Of a DNA stretch of 64,000 nucleotides, positions 57,069 to 64,000 are shown in pieces. Under the pieces are notes generated by a model. That model saw only the letters and a program-made list of their open reading frames with translations. It did not search any database and was not told where the DNA came from. The stretch lies in the IMG/VR virus record IMGVR_UViG_3300025941_000016, positions 35,987 through 99,986 of that record. One strand, 5' to 3'. Position 1 is the stretch's first letter. Every line of letters begins with the position of its first letter. Source of the DNA: a virus. Both the position numbers and the translations under genes were made by a program.

Positions 57069-57515
57069 TCAGACACGGGTCCGCTCCCCTCCGGAGGCGA
57101 CGATCGCGGCCAGCCACAGGCATGCTTTGTGCAAGGCCTGATCTGCGAGGTATGGGCCGTTCATCCCGTGACCCGCGAGCTTCGCGAATGCGGGCGACCC
57201 GGTGTGGGTGACCAGCCAGACAACCGGTTTCCTGCGGTCCCACAGGGCATGGGTCGCAGCGGAGATGGCCAACCCGGCGGCGAGACGACCAGGACTGACC
57301 CGGAGGCCGGTGGTCTTCACGGTTGTAGCGACCATCAGGCCCATGACCGTGTGGTACTGGGCGATGTGGCGGCCAAGAGCCGACCAGCCTTCCCGGCCCG
57401 GCTTCGCCTTTGCTGCGGTCTGGGCGTCGGTCTGGCCAAGGACGTGGTCGGCGATCTCATGCGCCGCGGTGAAGGCGCCAAGGTAGGTGGTAAAGCGGGT
57501 CGCGCGTTCAGTCAC
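57069..57515 (-). CDS. DUF3307-like membrane protein
   Basis: AHEIADHVLGQT...HIAQYH...THALWDRR...DQALH. Confidence 0.75.
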   Translation of the reverse strand: MTERATRFTTYLGAFTAAHEIADHVLGQTDAQTAAKAKPGREGWSALGRHIAQYHTVMGLMVATTVKTTGLRVSPGRLAAGLAISAATHALWDRRKPVVWLVTHTGSPAFAKLAGHGMNGPYLADQALHKACLWLAAIVASGGERTRV

Positions 57516-58107
57516 CTGCGTCCACCGCCGTCCGGACCACCTTGATGGTGAAGACGTCCAGCTTCTCCGTCGTCGCCAGTTCCCGGATCGCCTCCGAGTC
57601 GACCGGCCACTTCCTGAACTCCGTCGACTTCGGCTTCGGGGACTGCAAAAAGTCGAACATGCGGGTCAGCAGCACCTCGACCACAGGGGCCGGGACCTGC
57701 ACCGTCTCCCCGGTCCTCTCGTCGACAACCGGACGGCCGACGAACGGGGCGGCCAACCGGGCGACCAGCGGCAGGTGAACGGTCGCCGTCGTCTTCTCCG
57801 TGAACGTTGCCGTCAGGCCCAGCTCGGGAACCTTCTTCGTCTTCCCCCGCCAGCCGTCGGCGCGCGGGCGGACATGCTTCTCGGAGATGCGGCGCTCCAC
57901 CATTGCACGCGCCTCGGCGATTTTCGCGGCGTAGGCGTCGAGGTCGGCAAGCAGATCGAGGCCAACAACACCGCCGTCTTCGCTGTCGAACTCACCCGAG
58001 TCGACGGCGGCGCGGATCGGCTCGGCGAGACCGGTGACAGCCTCGTAGGCGGCCTTCACGGCGTCGAGCCAGGAGACCGCGGTCTCACGGTCATCGAGGA
58101 CAGTCAT
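57508..58107 (-). CDS. Hypothetical protein of the recombination region
   Basis: ATGA overlap with the NADAR gene; helical N-terminal half. Confidence 0.6.
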   Translation of the reverse strand: MTVLDDRETAVSWLDAVKAAYEAVTGLAEPIRAAVDSGEFDSEDGGVVGLDLLADLDAYAAKIAEARAMVERRISEKHVRPRADGWRGKTKKVPELGLTATFTEKTTATVHLPLVARLAAPFVGRPVVDERTGETVQVPAPVVEVLLTRMFDFLQSPKPKSTEFRKWPVDSEAIRELATTEKLDVFTIKVVRTAVDAGD

Positions 58108-59114
58108 CGGTATCCCCCTGATGCGGCGGTCACGGTCTTCGCCAGCGACTCGCACGACGTCAACTGCTTGGACAGCAACTTCGACCGGGACTCGGCATAG
58201 TCGAAGGCAAGCTGGCAGAGGCGGGCGTCTTCCCGCTCCGGCTGCACCCAGCCCTCCAACGCCTTCTTCAACCGGTATTCGGTCAGCTTCTGCGACGGGT
58301 CCTCAGCGACCCGCTCGTCGTAGGCGTTGAGCGCGTTCGTCTCAGCGGCGATCAGCGCCTCTTTCGCCTCGGACAGGGCTTCGGCGCAGGCCCGCATCGT
58401 CTGGTGAACATCCTCAAGCCGGGCCGTGATCAGCATCTGCTTGGCGATGACCTGATCCGGGCCTGACGTCTCGTCCAGTCCGAGGCGGGTTTGCATCTGC
58501 CGGATACGGCCCGGGATCGTGTCAAGAATCCGGCCGCGGGTTGCAGGGTCCAGGCGCAGCATCGGCGCAGGGATCGACAGGTCATCGTCGAGGCCAGCAT
58601 GGGGCGTCGGTTCCGGGATGGTCGCCAATTGGACGGCGAGTTCCGCGCGGACATCTTCGAGAATCCGGCCTAGCCAGTTGTCTCCAGTACCGCCACATGC
58701 GGAGCAGAAGCACACCCCCCACTCGCGGTCATGCCACCGATTCCCTTCGACGAGACGGGCTGGGGCGGTCGCCACGAGCAGGGTGGTGAGGCGCCGGTTG
58801 CCGACGAACTTCGCCCGGACCGCCGACGCCATCACCCGGTGTTTGATCTGCTCCCAGTCGGGTCGCAGATCGACCTTCTGCCCACGCTCCTTCGCCTCGG
58901 CTGGTGTCCGCGCGGCGAGGACGTACTCCCGCTGGCGGGGGTTGACGGTCTTCATGCACTGGAAGGCGTGTTCGACCGTCGGATAGCTGCGGTCGCCCCA
59001 GCTGAACGGGGCGTCGAAGAAGTTCGAGAGGAACCGGTGCTCGGCCGAGAAGCTGTCGATGACAGGACCGAGGAGGATCTCCCCGGTCTCCCGGTCCACG
59101 GTCGGCGCGGTCAT
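58104..59114 (-). CDS. NADAR (YbiA-like) domain fused to a C-terminal coiled-coil domain
   Basis: ATG at 59114. FLSNFF, YPTVEHAFQ, RPDWE, KF, LVEGNRWHDREWG, NWLGRILEDVR. Confidence 0.88.
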   Translation of the reverse strand: MTAPTVDRETGEILLGPVIDSFSAEHRFLSNFFDAPFSWGDRSYPTVEHAFQCMKTVNPRQREYVLAARTPAEAKERGQKVDLRPDWEQIKHRVMASAVRAKFVGNRRLTTLLVATAPARLVEGNRWHDREWGVCFCSACGGTGDNWLGRILEDVRAELAVQLATIPEPTPHAGLDDDLSIPAPMLRLDPATRGRILDTIPGRIRQMQTRLGLDETSGPDQVIAKQMLITARLEDVHQTMRACAEALSEAKEALIAAETNALNAYDERVAEDPSQKLTEYRLKKALEGWVQPEREDARLCQLAFDYAESRSKLLSKQLTSCESLAKTVTAASGGYR

Positions 59115-59581
59115 GCGGCGACCGTCCGCGGCTTCGGGGTGCCTTTCGCAGCCTTCCGGCAGGCCGTCTGCTGGCAGTACCAGTTCGACCCGGGAGTCCG
59201 CCCAGCCGTGGCGTAGACCTTCGTGGTGTGGCAGTGGGCGCACCACTGGAAGTACAGGTCCGGGATCGCGTCGGCGCCATGCTCCAACACCCGGGCGACA
59301 AGGTCCGAGTCTTCCCGTTCGGACGGGACCAGGCCGCCCCACACCCCGTAGTCTGACCAGCGGCCCGGGTTGCCTTGCACGTAGGCGAGGCAGGGCTTGA
59401 CGACCGGACAGGTCCGGCAGATCTCTTTCGCGGCGACGTAGCGGGCCACGGTTGTGGCGGTGCTTGTCGTGTCGAAGAACGTTTCGCCGTCCACAGTTCG
59501 GCAGGCAGATTGGTTCTTCCACACGGTGTCGCTCGTTAGCGACCGGTCGGACAGGCCGCCGGGGATGACATGGTGGCTCAT
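59111..59581 (-). CDS. whiB: WhiB-family transcription factor with C-terminal Zn ribbon
   Basis: WKNQSAC...FF...AKEICRTCPVVKPC...GVWGGLVPSER, then CAHC...CQQTAC. Confidence 0.9.
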   Translation of the reverse strand: MSHHVIPGGLSDRSLTSDTVWKNQSACRTVDGETFFDTTSTATTVARYVAAKEICRTCPVVKPCLAYVQGNPGRWSDYGVWGGLVPSEREDSDLVARVLEHGADAIPDLYFQWCAHCHTTKVYATAGRTPGSNWYCQQTACRKAAKGTPKPRTVAA

Positions 59582-61775
59582 CGGGTCGTCTCCGACAGGT
59601 CAAGGTCTGCCGTGCCGTCCAGCAGCGCCTCGGTGGACTCCATCCAGGCGGGCGGCGGCCAAGCGCCCATCCGTGGCGCGAGCATGTAGTCGAGCGCCTG
59701 CCGAAGCCGCTTCCGCAGGCTGGGCACGGCCTGGTCGAGGCGGCCGTACCGGTGCGACTGCTCGGACATGATCCGAACGGCCTCGCTCTGGGCGGCAAGG
59801 GCGCGGGCGCACTGGGCGTTGGCCTCGTCCCGCTCGGCGCGGGCCTGGTCGCGCTCGCCGGTCAGCCGGTCGATCTCGGCGACGAGCGCCGTAACTCCGG
59901 AGCCGGCGAACATGCCCGAGTACGGGTCGCGGCGGGCCTGCGCCACCCAGTCAATGCCGATCAGGTCAGCCATCGGTCTCACCTCCCGACGCGGTAAGCG
60001 CGGCAGCAAGGCCGCGGGTAATGTCCGTGTGCAGGGTGTAGGTGGCGAGGAAGGCCCCGACCGCCAAAGCGTGGAGGCGGTCCCGGTCCCGTCGCAGGGC
60101 GTCCCGTTCGAGGCGGGCCCGCTTCCACGCTTTGGCGGTCGGGGCCTCGGCCAGACGGTTGCGCTCGGCGGTCAGGACATCGAGAGAAGTCGCGAGGCGG
60201 TCGGTCTCTGCCCGCTGCTCCTGGAGCCGGTCAACGACAGCCCTGGAGCCCAGCCCCATCGCCTCGGCCGCGTCGAGTAGCGCGCGGAACGTGGCGACGT
60301 CCACCGAGACGTGGGTCAGTTCGCCACCTTCGACGGCCAGCGTTTCCGTGGCGCAGTCGCCGCCGAGTCGGTCGTCCCAGTAGTCGCCCATGCGGACCAG
60401 GCCATTGCCCTCGGCGTCAAGGGCAAGCGACCATTCCGAAGCGCCTTCCAGCGTCGCCAGAGACCGCAGGGCAGGGATGTCGAGGTCAGGCATAGTCAAG
60501 CTCCCCGTATCTCGGCCAGCACCGTGTCCGGGTCGGGCATCTCGCCCTCCGTCTCCCACTGGCCGTGGGAAACATCCGTCTGGAGCGCGTTTGTGCAGGC
60601 ATCGAGGGTGCCCCAAGTGCCCGACGACCCGAAACCGATTTCCTCGTCCTCGCCGCGGTAGATCGTGAAGTCGATCCGGTACTCAGCCATCGGTCGCCTC
60701 CCCGGTGTAGAGGGTTACCGCGTTGTAGCGGGCCTTCCAGTCGGCGATCTCCGCCCGTAGCCGCTCCACTTCGCCCACCGGGATACCGCCGCACAGGCGG
60801 CCCAGAAGCGTTCCCAGCTCCTCATGCGCCCCGGCCAGAAGGTTGACAATGTCCTGCCGAACCTTCGGGTAGGCGAGTTCATCGCTCGCCCCGGCGATGG
60901 TGACAAGGCGGCTGTCTGCGAGGGCGAGCATGTCCATCGCCCGCCCGGCGGCGTCCACGTCGGCGTCGGTCCACCGCAGGCCGGGAAGTGGGGTGACCGT
61001 GTTCGCGGTCTTCTCGTCAGCCACTGGTCAGGCCCTCCTGTGTGAAGGCATCCGCCAACCGTCGGGCCAGTGCCTGCCGGGCTTCGAGATGGCCCAACAG
61101 ACGGGCATGCTCAGTGGGGCCGTCCTCGACGTCGGGGCCATTTGCGGTCTCCCGCTGGAAGTCATCCCGTTCGGCTAGGAACACGGCAACCACGGCGTCG
61201 AGGGCGCGCAGGTAGCGCTCGTCGGCGTTCGCCTGGTCGATCTGGTCGGCGACGGCCGCCAGCGACTTTCGATGGTCAGCCATCAGAACCCCCTTCGGGC
61301 CAACGGACCACGCCGCCCTCGTTGTTCGCGACCATCTCGGCTCGCAAACGGGCAAGTTCCTCCTCGCTGGCCGGGGTGAGAACCCGGACCCCCGACCCCT
61401 TCCGTGTCACCTCGTCCAGCCAGATTGGCAGCCGGGAGAACCGGCCGGATGGCGTGGCGAACACGATGTCGTCGGGACGGCAAACCAAGGCTTCCTTCTC
61501 AACATCCGTAGCCATCCGCCAGCCGTCTGGGAGGAACGCTGACGGCTGCTCGGTGAACCAGTCGGCGAGGTTGCCGCGGATCGTGTCCGCGGGCATGCCG
61601 GCGCTCACCGGGCCACCCACCGTCGGTCGTGGGACACGGCCCGGCCTTCGTCCTGCAAACGGCGAAGACCCTCCCGCACCTGCGCCGGGGGAAGACTGGT
61701 CAGGTGAGCGAGCTTCCGGGCCCGGACTGGCCGGGGTCCGAGAACCCCGGCCAGCGCCCGCTCTACCGCAGTCAT
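59578..61775 (-). other. Run of small coiled-coil/wHTH hypothetical genes
   Basis: Coupled ORFs at about 59578-59973, 59966-60493, 60496-60690, 60683-61024, 61017-61284, 61276-61596 and 61605-61775. Confidence 0.6.
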
Positions 61776-62947
61776 GCCGCAGCCGCCGAAGCGTTCTGCG
61801 CCCGCTTGGCGATCTGGGCCTGTAGATGGGCGTGGAACGCGGCCAGATTGTCGACCGTCGTCCGGCCCCACTGCTCACCCGTGAACTCGGCGTACTCGCG
61901 GGCCGTCCGGTCAAGATCCGGGAAGCCCTTCGGCGTCAGCCAGCCGAGGTCGACAACAGCGGGGGCTATGGCCTTCCGCCAGTCATCCACCGTCGCCGGC
62001 CCCTCGGATGGAGTCTCCGATGGGGGCGCCTTGGGAAGTTCCCGCACCGGAGCGGCGGGCGGGGTCGGGGTGTTCACCGCAGCCGCACGGGCGGCTAGCA
62101 GCTCGGCCAGCGATACCGCCCGACCCTCCGGGGTGAGTACCGACGCACCGAGAAGACCGGCATCGCGCGCCTGGTCATACAGACCGCGCAGAGCCTCAAC
62201 GGTCGCGTCGGCCTCGAACGCCTGGTCCCGGATGTCCTGCGCGTTCGGCGCCGCGGCACCCGAGTCCAGCCAGTCCCGCAGGGTCACACCGATCTCACCC
62301 GTCGGCTTCCGATACACGCCGCCGGAGAGCAGTGAGCACCGCGTCTTCTCGACGGTCAGCGTGTTCTCACGGTCGAGCGTGGCGAACACGTCGAACTCGT
62401 ACTCGAAGTCCGCACGCTGGTCCGGCTTGAGCCCGACCTTCTTCGGTTCGTGCCGGCCACGGTCGTTCTGCTCTATGACCCATTCGGTCTTGGTCCGCAT
62501 CGTCACGATGACGTGCCCCGGGTACGACTTGATCGCCTTGATCATGTCGCGTTCGATCGGGGTGACAGCCTTCCAGCCGTTGTTGAACGACGAACCCGAC
62601 TTGCCCTTCGACATCGTGTCGACCAGATCGAGCATGCCGGCCTCGCCAGACCAGAAGTGCGACCACGAGTCGACGACGATCGCGTCGTAGCGGGCCGCCG
62701 CCGCCTCTGCCAGCAGTTCGATCAGGTCCCGCGGGTCGTAGCTGTCCAACTCGACCTTGTCGAAGCGGAACAGGTCCGCATAGAGGCTCATCGTCTTCGA
62801 CTCGGTGTCCGCGCCGAGCACCTTGGTACCCATCGCGGTAGCGAGCGTCAGAGCCGTGTACGTCTTCCCTGAGCCCGACGGGCCGGCGAGCGCGATCCGC
62901 GCGCCACGCGCCGTACGGACCGCCGGGGTGAAGGTGAACTTGCCCAT
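61772..62947 (-). CDS. AAA_24/Sak4-like ATPase
   Basis: Walker A GPSGSGKT, IVVDSWSH, HVIVTMR, FEYEFD, EKTR. Confidence 0.85.
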   Translation of the reverse strand: MGKFTFTPAVRTARGARIALAGPSGSGKTYTALTLATAMGTKVLGADTESKTMSLYADLFRFDKVELDSYDPRDLIELLAEAAAARYDAIVVDSWSHFWSGEAGMLDLVDTMSKGKSGSSFNNGWKAVTPIERDMIKAIKSYPGHVIVTMRTKTEWVIEQNDRGRHEPKKVGLKPDQRADFEYEFDVFATLDRENTLTVEKTRCSLLSGGVYRKPTGEIGVTLRDWLDSGAAAPNAQDIRDQAFEADATVEALRGLYDQARDAGLLGASVLTPEGRAVSLAELLAARAAAVNTPTPPAAPVRELPKAPPSETPSEGPATVDDWRKAIAPAVVDLGWLTPKGFPDLDRTAREYAEFTGEQWGRTTVDNLAAFHAHLQAQIAKRAQNASAAAA

Positions 62948-63276
62948 CAGGCGGCCTCCGCCCGTGCAGCCTCAAGCCGGGCCACCGACTCGCCGATTGC
63001 CACCCGCAGCTCAGCGAAGATGTCCGACACGGGGCGGATCAGCGCCCGCTGCATCTCGGCGTCGACCTCGGCGAAGGCACGCATCGTGCGGACCGTTCGG
63101 CGGGCCGTCGACCAGTCGTTGGACTCCAACGCGGCCACCAGCGGCTCCACACCGGACAGGGCGTGGAGGGCGAAGGTGGCGCGGTCCTCGCTGTCCCGGT
63201 ACGCCTGGCGGGCCTTCTCCAGGTCGGCCGCGGTCGGCTGCCACGGGCTATCGTGTGGGGTCAAGGCCCTCTCCAA
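62947..63276 (-). CDS. Helical hypothetical protein
   Basis: Its stop overlaps the ATPase start (TGATG). Confidence 0.55.
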   Translation of the reverse strand: MERALTPHDSPWQPTAADLEKARQAYRDSEDRATFALHALSGVEPLVAALESNDWSTARRTVRTMRAFAEVDAEMQRALIRPVSDIFAELRVAIGESVARLEAARAEAA

Positions 63277-63347
63277 TCAGGTACTGACGTCTTGGGGTTG
63301 GGTTCAGGGCGCCCCTGCCGTGGCTGCGACTAGGGGCGTCCGACGTT

Positions 63348-63686
63348 TCAAGCGGCCTCAGCGGTAGGCCGTGGATAGCGGCCGGACTGGTGTCTCAGCC
63401 GCGCCGCCCACGTCTCACTCGCCGCGTAGACCTCGGCGTCCGCCTGGTCGATGACGAAGGTGCCGCGCGCGCCGACCCGTTTGGCTACGAGCCACAGGCC
63501 TGGGTCTGGCCGCTGGCCGGTGCGGTCCCATTCGTCGGCGCCAGCGGCGGCGGCCCGGGAGGCGGTTCGGGGAGTGCAGCCGAGGATTCGGGCGGCTTCG
63601 GCGGTCCCGATCCACTGTGGTTCGGCGGCCAGGTCGACGGCGCGGAGGTGTTCTCCGGTGTCGTCGGCGGGCTGGTCGATGTCCAT
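63348..63686 (-). CDS. Excisionase/Cro-like HTH protein (leaderless)
   Basis: WIGTAEAARILGCTPRT...AKRVG...FVID; first gene of the leftward operon. Confidence 0.75.
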   Translation of the reverse strand: MDIDQPADDTGEHLRAVDLAAEPQWIGTAEAARILGCTPRTASRAAAAGADEWDRTGQRPDPGLWLVAKRVGARGTFVIDQADAEVYAASETWAARLRHQSGRYPRPTAEAA

Positions 63687-63734
63687 GGATCTATTGTCCT
63701 AGACTGTCCTTGATCCGTCAAGTATCTAGGACAA
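63687..63734 (-). promoter_or_regulatory. Early leftward promoter with inverted-repeat operator
   Basis: On the minus strand: TTGACG (63716-63721), 17 nt, GACAAT (63693-63698), 6 nt, ATG. Inverted repeat TTGTCCTAGA (63694-63703) / TCTAGGACAA (63725-63734). Confidence 0.75.
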
Positions 63735-63839
63735 GTCGGAGCAGGGCTGCGGGCCGAATATGACGACCACATCAACAGCCGGAGCGAAACCCTCACACCG
63801 CAGCCAGAACAGGCCTCAGATGTGGCACCATGACCCACC

Positions 63840-64000
63840 GTGGCCCACGACGACGGCGGAGGCCGCTACCTCACCGCCGCCCAGACCCAGCGCCTAGCCG
63901 ACGCCATGGTCCGACGTCGGACCACACTCGGCGGGGCCGGCCACCTCATCTGGCCCCTGTCCCGCAACACCCTCAATCTGTGGTCCAACGTCGGACCATG
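63840..64000 (+). CDS. Putative immunity repressor, 3'-truncated
   Basis: Divergent from the Cro-like gene. QRLADAMVRRRTTLG...LSRNTL resembles an XRE-family N-terminus. Confidence 0.45.
   Translation, partial: MAHDDGGGRYLTAAQTQRLADAMVRRRTTLGGAGHLIWPLSRNTLNLWSNVGP

Noticed and set aside
1-64000. tRNA, rRNA and IS elements
   Set aside because: No cloverleaf, rRNA-like sequence or transposase motif was seen by eye. tRNAscan-SE and IS searches were not run.

Overview
This window is most of a high-GC temperate actinobacteriophage or prophage, probably a siphovirus, with nearly all genes on the minus strand. From right to left it holds: a divergent Cro-like/repressor switch with an operator (63.7 kb); an early region (AAA ATPase, two WhiB, NADAR, RusA, DEDD exonuclease, Cre-like tyrosine recombinase next to a dif-like site, many small ORFs); a structured RNA resembling the c-di-AMP (ydaO) riboswitch (41.8-42.0 kb); terminase, portal, a split gpF-like gene, protease/scaffold and major capsid; about 15 kb of virion-appendage genes between the capsid and head-tail genes (PhoD fusion, pectate-lyase-like spike, CBM protein, acidic repeat scaffold, shared YG and WDTxLN motifs); then tail tube, chaperones, tape measure, one fused tail-tip protein, holin-like genes and a second beta-helix spike. 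The strongest signal is that the large terminase is complete only through a -1 shift inside its Walker A motif, at G-GGA-AAA followed by a 7-nt spacer and a strong hairpin. No endolysin, replication initiator, tRNA or CRISPR array was recognised. All family calls come from motif recognition by eye; no searches were run.
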